A stretch of DNA of 64,000 nucleotides from Oligoflexales bacterium. GTDB taxonomy: Bacteria > Bdellovibrionota_B > Oligoflexia > Oligoflexales > Bog-1112. The stretch is taken from contig JBGCEP010000012.1 of NCBI GenBank assembly GCA_045106415.1, positions 8,976 through 72,975 of the forward strand, written 5' to 3'. Of the stretch, positions 39,118 to 50,789 are shown in pieces. The notes under the pieces were generated by a model. The model did no database searches and was not told the DNA's origin. It was given only the letters and a program-made list of their open reading frames with translations. A program made the position numbers and the translations under genes. Numbering within the stretch: the stretch's first letter is position 1; every line of letters begins with the position of its first letter.

Positions 39118-39561
39118 TTAATTTCGGCGTTTTCTAGAGCTTGCCGTAGGATCGACACGCATAAGGCTTTCAACCTTGCTTGTTCGAGCTTTCTCGACAC
39201 CACGCTCCACTAGTTGCCTGCGCACAACAAGCCTCATCAACTCTCTTGCATCAAAATTCCAATCTAAATAATAAGATTTGTGAATATGTTCTGCAACTGC
39301 CTTTAAAGAAAGAGATTCTTTCCTAAGCAGCCTTTTATGAATTTGTTCAGAATATTCACTTCTATGCTCTTCCAAGCCTTTTTCTGTTGATTTAGAACAA
39401 AAATCTTCATCCGCAACAAAAGTTGTTACGTAAAACTTGTCTTCAATGAGGGGTTTTGGTTGGCCAGAAGGGCTTTCCTGTGTATCCTCGGTTGTGGTTG
39501 ACTCTATGGTTTCTGCCGCTTCCTCATCGGTCTCTGCGGGTTCTGTCGCATTTTCGCTCAC
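39118..39561 (-). CDS. Hypothetical protein
   Basis: 147-aa ORF, acidic N-terminus, AAGG upstream of GTG. Confidence 0.65.
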   Translation of the reverse strand: MSENATEPAETDEEAAETIESTTTEDTQESPSGQPKPLIEDKFYVTTFVADEDFCSKSTEKGLEEHRSEYSEQIHKRLLRKESLSLKAVAEHIHKSYYLDWNFDARELMRLVVRRQLVERGVEKARTSKVESLMRVDPTASSRKRRN

Positions 39562-39694
39562 AGTCCTGACCTTTCTACTGATGATTGGACTTCAACCTCC
39601 TATCGGAAGTCTTGCTACCAAAGATGAGCCAGCTATGCAAAGACCAAGCAAAATATAAATATGTTTGAGACAAATATTAGACCAAGGAAGTTTT

Positions 39695-41407
39695 ATGACG
39701 GACCATGAACAGACACAAGAAGACACCACGAAGACAGCTGATAAAGCTGCGGTTTCTTCCAACCTTGAACCGTCTGTATCCGAGCAAACGACAAACCCCG
39801 CAGAAGACACTCAACCAGAGTCTCTTGCCCTTGTCGCTGAAGAAATTGTCGCTCCAGCACTCGAGATCGAGTGGGATTCTGCTCTAGAAGATGAAATTAA
39901 AGGCGGAAAAAAAGACCGACCTCGCCCCCAACACAAACCCAAAAAACCAGCAAGTACGTTCAGCGAACTCCCTTTATCTGATTCTGTACGTTCAGCGATT
40001 GAAAACATGGGTTGGTCAACTCCAACCCCTGTCCAAGCTGAATGCTTACCCTACACTCTCGACAATCGTGATGTTGCTGGTTTTGCGCAAACAGGAACAG
40101 GGAAGACAGGCGTCTTTCTTGTTTCGCTTGCACATCAACTGGAACAGCACCGTAAACGCCAAGAAGAAGCAAAAAACGAAGATGCAAAAGGCTGCCAACC
40201 ATTTGCACTCGTGCTTGCTCCAACCCGCGAGTTAGCCGTTCAAATTGAAGATGATTGCAGCAAGCTGTTCGAACTTCTTAAAATTCGCTCTCTCGCTGTT
40301 TATGGCGGGACAGATTGGGAACAACTTGCGAAAAAGCTCCGCAAGGGTGTTGATGTCATTATCGCAACTCCAGGCCGACTTCTTGACTACGAACGCAAAA
40401 ACGTCATCGATGTCAGTAAACTTGGTATGTTCGTGTGCGATGAAGTCGACCGCATGTTTGATATGGGCTTTATTGACGACGTTGAAAAACTTCTCAAAAA
40501 AGCCCCTGAAAAATGTCAAAAACTACTTTTTTCAGCAACGACAAACGATCGTGTGCATGAGCTCGCTTTTGAATACCTTGATCAACCTGAGTACATTTCT
40601 GTCAATCCAGAAGAACTCGCCCCTGAACGCATTGAACAACACGCTCTTCTTTGTGAAACTCCTGAAAAACTCAGAGTTCTTATGGGTTTACTCAGAGAAC
40701 ACAACCCAGAACGCGCTATCATTTTTGCAAACACAAAACTGACAGCTGCCTGGCTCCAGTACAAACTGTCTCGCAACCAGTTTCAAGTAAGTATCATCAC
40801 GGGTGACCTGCCTCAAAATAAACGCATCAAACTCATTGAATGCATTAAACAAGGTCAAGTTCGCTACCTTATCGCCACTGATGTCGCAAGCCGCGGTCTT
40901 CATATTTCAGGCGTCACTCATGTCTACAATTTCGACATCCCTGACGACCCTTCTAACTATGTCCACAGAATTGGCCGAACAGCACGAGCTGGAGCATCTG
41001 GCAGTAGCTACACCCTTGTCTGTGACGTATACTCTGAGAACTTTGCGCCCATCCAAGAGATGCTAGGCGAAGCAGCCCCTAAATCTCGCTGGTTCGACTC
41101 CAAATATCTTGAAATCAAAGACCAAGCTGGAAACCCTTTCGATGATAACTTTGGCCGCCCAGAGCCAGAACCAGAGCCTAGAAGGCCTGATCATGCTCGC
41201 CCTCACTCAAGAGACCGCAAGCCTGATACACGCAAAGAAACGCCTCATCGGAATAAAAACCAGCCTCAGAAAAAGCACCCTAAAAAGGATGCTCATTCTG
41301 GCAATAAAAAAACTCAGACGCCAGTAGCAACTAAAAAAGCAACGCCAAGTGTAGGCGCTCTTGCGCGTAAACTTTTCAATGTCTTTTTTGGATGGCTCAA
41401 AAAATAA
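39695..41407 (+). CDS. DEAD-box RNA helicase, RhlB-like
   Basis: AQTGTGKT, PTRELA, TPGR, DEVDRM, SAT, TDVASRGLH, YVHRIGRTAR. Confidence 0.93.
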   Translation: MTDHEQTQEDTTKTADKAAVSSNLEPSVSEQTTNPAEDTQPESLALVAEEIVAPALEIEWDSALEDEIKGGKKDRPRPQHKPKKPASTFSELPLSDSVRSAIENMGWSTPTPVQAECLPYTLDNRDVAGFAQTGTGKTGVFLVSLAHQLEQHRKRQEEAKNEDAKGCQPFALVLAPTRELAVQIEDDCSKLFELLKIRSLAVYGGTDWEQLAKKLRKGVDVIIATPGRLLDYERKNVIDVSKLGMFVCDEVDRMFDMGFIDDVEKLLKKAPEKCQKLLFSATTNDRVHELAFEYLDQPEYISVNPEELAPERIEQHALLCETPEKLRVLMGLLREHNPERAIIFANTKLTAAWLQYKLSRNQFQVSIITGDLPQNKRIKLIECIKQGQVRYLIATDVASRGLHISGVTHVYNFDIPDDPSNYVHRIGRTARAGASGSSYTLVCDVYSENFAPIQEMLGEAAPKSRWFDSKYLEIKDQAGNPFDDNFGRPEPEPEPRRPDHARPHSRDRKPDTRKETPHRNKNQPQKKHPKKDAHSGNKKTQTPVATKKATPSVGALARKLFNVFFGWLKK

Positions 41408-41408
41408 A

Positions 41409-42613
41409 CTACTGATTATTGGGAGCCACAGCTAACGAGCTCCCAATAATCAAATCTCCCTGCAACACCTCTACAGCTCCAGGTCGAACCACCGCAACGC
41501 CCCCTGAGTCACTCACTTCGACAACATAGAGTTGTCCAATTGACTTCAAGCGCCCAGCCATCAAACGATGAACTTCCAACAAATTTCCTGCTTGGACCCC
41601 ATCTGATCGGCCTAAATTTACAGCAACAAAGTTATGAGAATGTCCAATTCTACGCCCAGGTGATGCAAAAGCTAAAATCTTCCCCGAACGGCCGGGTTTC
41701 ACAGTACGTTGAGAATCAACAAAGCGCGGCACTTGAGTTTTAGGATTTCTATATTCAATGAGAATGTCTTCTGGCTCAACTTTTAAATAAGGATCCTGCA
41801 AACGACCCCACGCACGACCTCCTTCAAACTTTAACAACTCCATCTGCCCTACATACCGGTAAAAACGTCGGCCTTGCCTGCCAACATCCTTTGCGGGTCT
41901 AGCCAAAACATAGGTTTTTCTTAACTGAATTTCTTCTTCAGGAAAAATATAAATCACTCGACCAAAACGAACTCCACCTTCACCAACACCATTCACTTTG
42001 CCTAGGACTCTAATACGCTGATCCACAACAAACATAGGCTGCGTTGTCACATCAGGGATATCACCAGCAACAGGCCCACTGTATGAAATCTTTCCTTCTT
42101 CCATTGAAGACAAATCTTCAACACCCACTAACTCAGCGGAGCCAGGTGCAAAAGGCCTCCATTCAGGAATTTCAATATCTAAAAGCTGCTTCTCTTCAAT
42201 GTCATCTTCTAAAAACACAATGTCATCATCTTCCAATACTTCTAAAAATGGTGGAAGGTCGTCACTCCCTGGGTAAAATCGCAGTCTCATCCCCGGCCAA
42301 ACAAAATGTGGATTTTTAATAAAAGGGTTTAGAGACCATAAACGAGGCCAATATCCTGGCTTACCCAGCAATTGATCACAAATATCAATAAGGGTATCAC
42401 CGTGTTGAACTGTATAAATCTCGGGCGCATCAATCGCATCTAGCGGTTGAGTTTCACCAGGGGTGTATGGAGCTCCCGAAAACATGTTACTACCCGGAAT
42501 CGGACCAATAAGAATATCTTCACCTCGAACCACTTCGCTACCTGTGAAGTCTTCCGCATGAAGAGAAAAAAACAAAACGTCATAATTCAACAAAAAAAGA
42601 ATTAAAAGTACTC

Positions 42614-42617
<4 letters not shown>
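41409..42617 (-). CDS. LysM peptidoglycan-binding exported protein
   Basis: YTVQHGDTL..I...LLG....WPRLWSLNP.IKNPH...PG. Confidence 0.85.
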
Positions 42618-43464
<847 letters not shown>

Positions 43465-43468
<4 letters not shown>

Positions 43469-44289
43469 ATTCCCTCCAACCGACTCAGCTGCCGAATGTA
43501 TTGATGTAATATTTCTTGAAAACCATTTTGGCTCTGCTCTTTTAGAAAGAAAAACCCAAACTGGTGAGTGAAATAAGAGCTTTCTTTTCCTCTAAATTTT
43601 TCGGTTTGCCTCAGCCTCTTAGACCACTTGAGCTCCACTCCGACTTGAACTCTTCCCAATGAAGACAATAAAAGTTGGGCGTCATAGTCAAGCATCCCTG
43701 GTTCTAAATTTCTCACCTGCCCGGGAAAAACCGTCTGCATAGAAAATCCACCCAGGCTTAAATCTTTCACTATAAAAAGCTCTTGAAGCTCTTGGTAAGG
43801 AGCCCATACGGGAAAAAAAGAAAGTTCCTCATCGTCGGCACTCATTTTACGCCGTTCATCAAGACCCGAGCGATTCTTACTCAATTTTAGATAGGGCTGA
43901 AGAGTTCCAGATGTTTTAAACCTCTCATTCTCTCGCCTCTGCACACTCAAAAGGACATCTGGCATGCCAATATAAATTCGACCTTCTGCCTCAAATGACT
44001 TAAGAAGAGGAACCACTGTCATAATTTTTGTAGAGAGCATCATAAATTCAACATAAACTTTGCTACACCTCGATAAATGATTCACTCCTTTTTGCGAGAT
44101 TCCATGAATATGAAACCCTTCAACTCTTTCACCTTTCATTTGCAAATGCCCCGACTTAGCCTTCACAGCAACCGGAGATGACGACTGTGTGCGCACAAAT
44201 AAAGGAATTGCCTCATGGCTCAACCGCTGGAGAATTCTTCGAATTCTCTGCTTATCTGCAATACGAGTTGTAGTTTCGTTTTCCATCAT
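43465..44289 (-). CDS. PilZ-domain (YcgR-like) protein
   Basis: QRRENERF (RxxxR), DLSLGG (DxSxxG). Confidence 0.75.
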
Positions 44290-44314
44290 GAATTAAAATG
44301 TCATCAATCAATTA

Positions 44315-44944
44315 ATGGATATAGATATGATCAGTCTACCACGCAGCTCCCTATCTCTTTCGACTTGTCTTTGCCTAGTCGTTTACTCTTTATGTATGGC
44401 TCAAAAAGCGCCTTCTGAAATCACAGAACTCAATAAGCTCTCTGTTTTTGAAGAGCAATATCTTCTTTTTGGCATGAATCGAAACTTCCCAGTCAAAGAC
44501 AGCCTCAACACTCTTGGCCCATCACAAGCTCATCCATTTATAGGGTTTGGGCACACACTCCACCAAGAATGGTTTTTGAATGTCCAAGCTGGATTTCGAT
44601 TTTTAGATAAAAAGTCTTCTTTTCAAATCACCGGCCAAAACCAAGATCCTCGAATTGCAATTTGGAGTGTCAGCCAAGAATCCCTCGGTATCATCCGCAT
44701 TTCTCACCCACTCTATTTGCTTACAGGACCAAGCCTTCTCTACCTATTGCCGACGCGCAAAGGCATGCTTCCCATTCAAAGAGACCCTGACTTTCCACTT
44801 GAGGTTGGGGCAGGGTGGAGCGCATGGTTTGTGTGGACAAAACCTTCTTACTTCTCAGCCGTTAAATTTGAAAGATGGAGAGGGACTTATTCACATCGCC
44901 TCCATGCATTTCAAATTTCTTGTCTCTTAGGGTTTTCTATTTAA
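44315..44944 (+). CDS. Hypothetical protein, possible outer-membrane beta-barrel
   Basis: Signal-like N-terminus, amphipathic strands, ends LLGFSI. Confidence 0.55.
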   Translation: MDIDMISLPRSSLSLSTCLCLVVYSLCMAQKAPSEITELNKLSVFEEQYLLFGMNRNFPVKDSLNTLGPSQAHPFIGFGHTLHQEWFLNVQAGFRFLDKKSSFQITGQNQDPRIAIWSVSQESLGIIRISHPLYLLTGPSLLYLLPTRKGMLPIQRDPDFPLEVGAGWSAWFVWTKPSYFSAVKFERWRGTYSHRLHAFQISCLLGFSI

Positions 44945-44964
44945 TAAATCATGCAGAGTATGGA

Positions 44965-45963
44965 TTACAAATCATCTGGTATTGAAGTCGTTTTAACCAC
45001 ACATCTGGCGAGCCTCACAACCGTAGACCAACCAAACCGGTCTGAAGCCCACAATTCATGAAGCCCTTTTGACTGTAAATATTCGTCGGCAGTCATAGAG
45101 TTTTTAAAACTCACATTACCGCTATAAACAAGTGCAGACTTATGAACCAAAACACGATCTGTATGCGTAGGCCTGCGGTCACCATACACCCCATAATAGA
45201 ATTCATTTAAAGGGGTCGCGGTATAACAGCGACTTTCTTGCTCACAAAACTCTTGAGCTGTATCCATTAATTCAAGGCCATTTTTAAAAATATCATACTG
45301 CCCAACGCCAACATCTTGTGGCATGAAGCCACCAACAATCACTCGTTGTGGGCATATGTTTTCACGATCTAAAAAAACATCAATACGATCACGTAAAACA
45401 CCATACCAATGGCCAATACGCTCTTGTTGCTCAGGCATATCAACATTAATCACCGCAACCGCCTGCCCCTCAAAATCTATCACTGAAGCTACAGCCCAAC
45501 CATCATAACCTAAAGGCCAGCACTGCCTCGCATCACCTCGAATACAAACCTCAGGGGCTGGACGGCTAAAATTAGCAGGAAGACCAACGACTGTAACCAT
45601 CGACTCTTCTTCATGACTTTTTTCATGCTCATGCGCAACACTGCCGGACCACTGATAATCTCCTCCTAAAGCGCCCGCTCGTAACAATCTTTTATCTGAT
45701 TCAGGGGAATAGTCGCCACCTTTAGCCATCACCTGCTGAAGAAATAAAAGATCAGGTTTAAATTGCCTCAACTCTCTATCAATCATATCAAGACGACGAC
45801 GGCGTAAGATCCAATCTCCTTCCCATTTCCCATCAGCACCCTGCTGACGAAAAAGAGAAAGAGTTTGAACTGTCATTTGTCGACTATCCCAGGAAGGCTG
45901 ATTCAGCCCTCCATCAGAGACGCAGCCAACAGTTATAAAAACCATATATATAATTCTTAGCAC
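44965..45963 (-). CDS. EEP (endonuclease/exonuclease/phosphatase)-fold lipoprotein, degenerate active site
   Basis: VGC lipobox, PDLLFLQQV, VIVGGFMP, TDRVLV, ASDRFG. Confidence 0.65.
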   Translation of the reverse strand: MLRIIYMVFITVGCVSDGGLNQPSWDSRQMTVQTLSLFRQQGADGKWEGDWILRRRRLDMIDRELRQFKPDLLFLQQVMAKGGDYSPESDKRLLRAGALGGDYQWSGSVAHEHEKSHEEESMVTVVGLPANFSRPAPEVCIRGDARQCWPLGYDGWAVASVIDFEGQAVAVINVDMPEQQERIGHWYGVLRDRIDVFLDRENICPQRVIVGGFMPQDVGVGQYDIFKNGLELMDTAQEFCEQESRCYTATPLNEFYYGVYGDRRPTHTDRVLVHKSALVYSGNVSFKNSMTADEYLQSKGLHELWASDRFGWSTVVRLARCVVKTTSIPDDL

Positions 45964-47111
45964 CCAATTGATCTCGCTATCACAAGTCTTTGTATTTCAC
46001 TCGTACCTTCACCAATACGAAGAAGCGCAGCATCGCGATAAAAACGCTCGATAGGATACTCTTTCATCAATCCATAGCCTCCAAAGGTCTGTTGACCTTC
46101 TCTTGCACAATACTCTGCAACTTCAGAACAATATAACTTTGCCATAGCTGCCTGTTTTGCGTAAGGTTTTCCCTCATCTTTCAGCCAACAAGCCTTATAC
46201 AAAAGGCCTTCAGCAGCTTCAACTCGAGTTGCCATTTCCGCGAGTTTAAAGCCTACGGCTTGATGTTGAGCAATAGGCCGACCAAATGTTTTTCTTTCAT
46301 TCGCATACTTTAAAGTCATATCTAGAGCTCCTTTGGCAAGCCCTAAACCCATTGCTGCAATAGAAAGGCGCCCACTATCAAGAGTTTGCATCATAATATG
46401 AAACCCCTCACCTCTTTTCCCTAGCATCATATTTTTAGGAATACGCACATCATCAAAATACAACTCCCCTGTATTTGAAGCACGCCACATCATTTTATCT
46501 TTCATAGTTTTTGCAGTTAGACCTGGTGTCCCAGCTGGTAGTAAAAAACAGCTTAACTCTGTACGCCCCTTAGAGTCTTTTCCTGTCACAGCTTGAACTG
46601 TCATACCGTCAGTCATAGAGCACGCACTGTTCGTAATCCAAATTTTTGAACCACGTAGAATCCAGTCATCTCCATCTTGCTCTGCTACAGTTTTTGAGGC
46701 TCGAGCATCACTTCCTGCTTCCGCTTCTGTAAGCGCAAAACCCCATAAACCTTTTCCAGCACATATATGCGGCAAAAACCGTTCTTTTTGCTCTTCAGTT
46801 CCAAAATTTTCAAGAGGTTTTACACCGAGACTGTTATGAGCTGCAATCGTAGCAGCTTGAGAGCCGTCAACTCGAGCGAGTTCTTCAACAATAGTGATAT
46901 ACGTTAAAGAGCTCAGCTCTTGCCCACCGTACTTCTCACTAACAAGAGCCCCCAAGAGGCCTAGTTCACCCATTTTTTGGGTCAGACTCTCCGAAAAGAT
47001 TTCATCCCGGTCCAATTCAAAAGCTTTCGGTGCAATTTCCTGCACAGCAAACTCACGAATCGCATCACGCATCAACTTTAAATCATCGCTATCTTCAAAA
47101 CTCCAGGACAT
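45957..47111 (-). CDS. Acyl-CoA dehydrogenase
   Basis: FALTEAEAGSDA, GSKIWITN, GRLSIAA, RKTFGRPI, GGYG, IGEGTSEIQR. Confidence 0.95.
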   Translation of the reverse strand: MSWSFEDSDDLKLMRDAIREFAVQEIAPKAFELDRDEIFSESLTQKMGELGLLGALVSEKYGGQELSSLTYITIVEELARVDGSQAATIAAHNSLGVKPLENFGTEEQKERFLPHICAGKGLWGFALTEAEAGSDARASKTVAEQDGDDWILRGSKIWITNSACSMTDGMTVQAVTGKDSKGRTELSCFLLPAGTPGLTAKTMKDKMMWRASNTGELYFDDVRIPKNMMLGKRGEGFHIMMQTLDSGRLSIAAMGLGLAKGALDMTLKYANERKTFGRPIAQHQAVGFKLAEMATRVEAAEGLLYKACWLKDEGKPYAKQAAMAKLYCSEVAEYCAREGQQTFGGYGLMKEYPIERFYRDAALLRIGEGTSEIQRLVIARSIGC

Positions 47112-47141
47112 CCTAACCTCCACATCATGTCTCGCGTGGGG

Positions 47142-48203
47142 TCAATGATTCCTAAGTCGACCTTCACGCCCAGTTGTACCAAGTAGAATACCAAGATATG
47201 AGCGATAACGCCTCTGTGCAACCAATCCTTGCTCCACAGCGGCTTTTACAGCACAGCCCGGCTCTTCATTATGAAGGCATTCACGAAAGCGGCAACTATC
47301 AACATAGGGCTCTATATCTCGAAAACAACGACTCAAAGTTGCACCCTCCATATCGGGAGCAACAAAACTTCGAATCCCTGGGCTATCCACAACATACCCA
47401 CCTGAACCTAAACGTATAAAGCTTGCAAAACTCGTCGTATGACGGCCTTTAGTCATTATTTCGTCTTTTTCCACAACTTGTTTCAACTCAGGACGAGCAA
47501 GGTTCACCATGGAAGATTTACCAACTCCGGAATGGCCCGAAACCAAACTAATATGACCTCGAAATAGCTTACGCACTTCTTTCATTGCGCTAGGGCTTGA
47601 GGCTTGAAGAGATAAAACCCTGTAACCCATATCTTCATAAATTTTTTGCTGTTCAGCGCACTCTTCTTGAAATCCTTCTTTGGCGCCTACAAGCAAATCT
47701 TCTTTATTCAAGACAATCACGGCTTCAAGACCTTCAGCCTCAGCTAAAGCAAGATAACGATCAATCAACCCCCACTTGACTAATGGAGATTGATAGCTGC
47801 TAACGACAATGAGTTGGGTCATGTTTGCAGCCAGAATATGCAGCCTCTCTGCAACCATAGGATCTTTTCTAAAAATCTTTGCTGTCCTTGGCGCTCTGGC
47901 TTCAATGGTGCATTGAGGAAGGTCATCACAAATATCTTCAGAAGCTTTTTGACAGTACACTCGATCGCCAACACACACAAAGTGACGCTCTTGTCTTTCT
48001 GACTGAAGATGCCGCCTTGCAACCGTCGCCATCCAAACATCTGTCGTATCCACTTCTCCTTCTTTAGGCTCTGTGGACACAAAAGCGTATCTTTTGTGTA
48101 CTTCAACAACTCTTGCCTGAAATCCTTTTTCCAGATCCCAATGCTCAATAGGTTCTATGAATTCACGATTTGTTTTGTTTCTACGAGATTTTTTCACGCT
48201 CAC
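47142..48203 (-). CDS. rsgA: Ribosome small subunit-dependent GTPase
   Basis: NKED, GHSGVGKSS, GRHTT, DSPG, CRFRECLHNEEPGC. Confidence 0.95.
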   Translation of the reverse strand: MSVKKSRRNKTNREFIEPIEHWDLEKGFQARVVEVHKRYAFVSTEPKEGEVDTTDVWMATVARRHLQSERQERHFVCVGDRVYCQKASEDICDDLPQCTIEARAPRTAKIFRKDPMVAERLHILAANMTQLIVVSSYQSPLVKWGLIDRYLALAEAEGLEAVIVLNKEDLLVGAKEGFQEECAEQQKIYEDMGYRVLSLQASSPSAMKEVRKLFRGHISLVSGHSGVGKSSMVNLARPELKQVVEKDEIMTKGRHTTSFASFIRLGSGGYVVDSPGIRSFVAPDMEGATLSRCFRDIEPYVDSCRFRECLHNEEPGCAVKAAVEQGLVAQRRYRSYLGILLGTTGREGRLRNH

Positions 48204-48290
48204 TCTCTACCGAGGGATAGACCAATAGGTACCGTGCCTCATATCGTACTTTCACTAAAAAAGCGAGAATTATAGCGTATATGCCTAAAC

Positions 48291-50645
48291 TCATAAAGGA
48301 GTCTTAAGCTTCTCTCTAAAGCCTTGATTCACTAATAAGAAAAAACTTGAAACAGCTTCTTTTATTTCTGAACCTGCGTATAAATGTCCATCTCGAATTT
48401 CCACGCCCTTTGCCGTCTCAAGAGCAAGTAAGCTACTTTTTAATATCTTGCTCTCAATCAGCTCTCTTGACCCAGACAACAATGATTGTCTGTGCAGCAT
48501 TTTTAAACAACTAACTTCAAACGACTGCAACGATAAACCGCCTGATTTCAACTCTTGAGATAAAAAAAGACACATATGACTAAATATTTCAATTTCAGGC
48601 TTCATCAATCGGGCAAAGACGCTCAAATCAGAAAATTCAGAGCTCAAAACATAACTTCTATGAATTTCATCATGATTTTGATGTAAAAGATTTTCATCAA
48701 CCATCACTTGAACAGCAGCAGAAACCTGCTCTTTAGTCATTTTTTCAAGAAAGAGCTCCTGCCCTACGATTTCTATCACTTTACTTACACAAGCACATAA
48801 TTCATCTTTTTGGATGATATCATTATGCATAAAAAATGCAGCAATCAGAGATGGAGCAGCATAAAGGTGCAAAGTATTATTTCTATAATATTGCAACACA
48901 TCAGCTTCTTGACTATCGACATAAACAACAGCTCCAGTCGGATGCGTAAATCGCTTCACACCTCCAAAGGTCAGAGCAATATTTAGAATATCTTGCGCAC
49001 TTTTATAATCACACTGAATGTTTTCTCCATGGATTTTCACTAGCATTCTCATCGAGATTTCAATCAAATCTAATATTTGCACTTCGTCTAACGCATCTCC
49101 ATCAGATGACAGAAGGAGTGTCGAAACATGTGCCATTGGCGTAAGAAGGGCTGCTTGATTGACCTTTATCATCATGTTTTTAGCTATTTTTTTAATATCA
49201 TCAGACTCATAACTCCCATGATTGTTAATCAGTAAAGGTTCTCCATAATGAAAGTATGCATGACCTGCCCGCGCACCAATAAGTTTGAAAGCATGAAAAA
49301 GTTGCCATATAGATTCTACTTTTTTACGTCTCCCTCGTCGTTCTGCTGCAAAACTTCTTCCTTCAAACAAACGATCATAATTAATATAAACAGGCACTAA
49401 AGCAAGACTACGATCAGCATCTTTAGCGCTCTGCAAAACCATGCTTAACATTCCTGTTTTGGGTGAGAGAAGTTTACCTGTTCGACTTCTTCCTCCTTCA
49501 GGAAAAAACATCAAAGGAAAACCTTTTCGAATTAAATAAGAAAGATACTGCCGAAAAATACTTGTATAAAGCTTTTGCCCTGCAAAAGTTCGTCTAATAT
49601 AAAAAGCTCCTGCTCGACGCAAAAGCCCGCCAATAGGCCAAAAATCAAGATTTTTACCGGCTGCCGTATGAGGAGGGGTCAAACCCGCTTGATAAATCAT
49701 TTGCCCTAGCATGAGATAATCCACATGACTGCGATGACATGGCATAAAAATTAATGTGTGCTTTTCTGCGTAAGGCCTTAAATTTTGGAGACCTCGTATC
49801 ATGACATCATCATACATCCGAGCCCATAGTTTTTCTAAAAGAACAGAACAAAATCGAATAATAGATTGAGTCGGCTTTGCTGCAATTTCGTCTGCATGCT
49901 TTTCGGCTTTTATATGCATTTTTCGCCTTTGAGATTCATTTTTTCCATCTTCTTGGATCATTTTTTGAATCTCAGGTGCCATGACAACATCTCTAATTAA
50001 CTGTTGACGGTCGTATAATTGAGGACCCAAAGAAAAATTTCTCTGCTTTTTAAATTGGATTCTTAATAACCGCCTGAGCTTTCGACCTGTTTCTTGTGAA
50101 GATCTATTTTCTTCTTGCAATGCTTTTTGCACTGAAAGAGGAGATCCTATATGGCAAGAGACTCTTTGTCCTTGTACAAAAAACATAACCAAACGCTGAA
50201 GCCATCCACCATACTCATCATCAAAAAACAAAAGATGGAAAAGGGACTTCTCTTCTCGACCTGGATCTCTTCCCCAAAAAACACTAATAGGGACCAATAT
50301 CACATCTTTAGAATTTTCTTTTATAGCATTATTTAAAATAAGCCTAAGTGCTTTAGGAATGCCTCGTTTTGAACGGCTTCGCAACATACCCTTAGGACCA
50401 AGTACAAAATTTTTTCTCAGCGGTGATAAAAGATGATGTTTTTCAGCATGACCATCATAAACTAAAAGATCAGTTAAAGAGCGACTCCTAAAAACATATT
50501 GAATACTATTCGGATCCAATCCCTCTAATTGCTCAACGCCAAACAATTCACTTCTAACCCAAAGATTCATGAACCATCGTAGTATATAAAGACACAATGT
50601 TTGTACACGATTCAAAAAAGTTCTTTGTAAATGTTGCACACGCAT
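48291..50645 (-). CDS. plsB: Glycerol-3-phosphate acyltransferase
   Basis: VFWGRDP, CHRSHVDY, AAGKNL, GAFYIRR, FPEGGRSRTG, YYRNN. Confidence 0.9.
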   Translation of the reverse strand: MRVQHLQRTFLNRVQTLCLYILRWFMNLWVRSELFGVEQLEGLDPNSIQYVFRSRSLTDLLVYDGHAEKHHLLSPLRKNFVLGPKGMLRSRSKRGIPKALRLILNNAIKENSKDVILVPISVFWGRDPGREEKSLFHLLFFDDEYGGWLQRLVMFFVQGQRVSCHIGSPLSVQKALQEENRSSQETGRKLRRLLRIQFKKQRNFSLGPQLYDRQQLIRDVVMAPEIQKMIQEDGKNESQRRKMHIKAEKHADEIAAKPTQSIIRFCSVLLEKLWARMYDDVMIRGLQNLRPYAEKHTLIFMPCHRSHVDYLMLGQMIYQAGLTPPHTAAGKNLDFWPIGGLLRRAGAFYIRRTFAGQKLYTSIFRQYLSYLIRKGFPLMFFPEGGRSRTGKLLSPKTGMLSMVLQSAKDADRSLALVPVYINYDRLFEGRSFAAERRGRRKKVESIWQLFHAFKLIGARAGHAYFHYGEPLLINNHGSYESDDIKKIAKNMMIKVNQAALLTPMAHVSTLLLSSDGDALDEVQILDLIEISMRMLVKIHGENIQCDYKSAQDILNIALTFGGVKRFTHPTGAVVYVDSQEADVLQYYRNNTLHLYAAPSLIAAFFMHNDIIQKDELCACVSKVIEIVGQELFLEKMTKEQVSAAVQVMVDENLLHQNHDEIHRSYVLSSEFSDLSVFARLMKPEIEIFSHMCLFLSQELKSGGLSLQSFEVSCLKMLHRQSLLSGSRELIESKILKSSLLALETAKGVEIRDGHLYAGSEIKEAVSSFFLLVNQGFREKLKTPL

Positions 50646-50732
50646 GAAGCCCTCGTTTTAAGATTGCGACTATCATTATTTAAAACTAACGCACAAACAC
50701 GGAACAGAGATTTCAATGAAGAGTCCGTTTTC

Positions 50733-50783
50733 TTTGTTCAACCTACTATGAAAACAAAATATTTTCATAGTAGGTTGAACAAA
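50733..50783. repeat. Perfect 22-bp inverted repeat with 7-nt loop
   Basis: TTTGTTCAACCTACTATGAAAA / TTTTCATAGTAGGTTGAACAAA. Confidence 0.9.
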
Positions 50784-50789
50784 AAAGTA

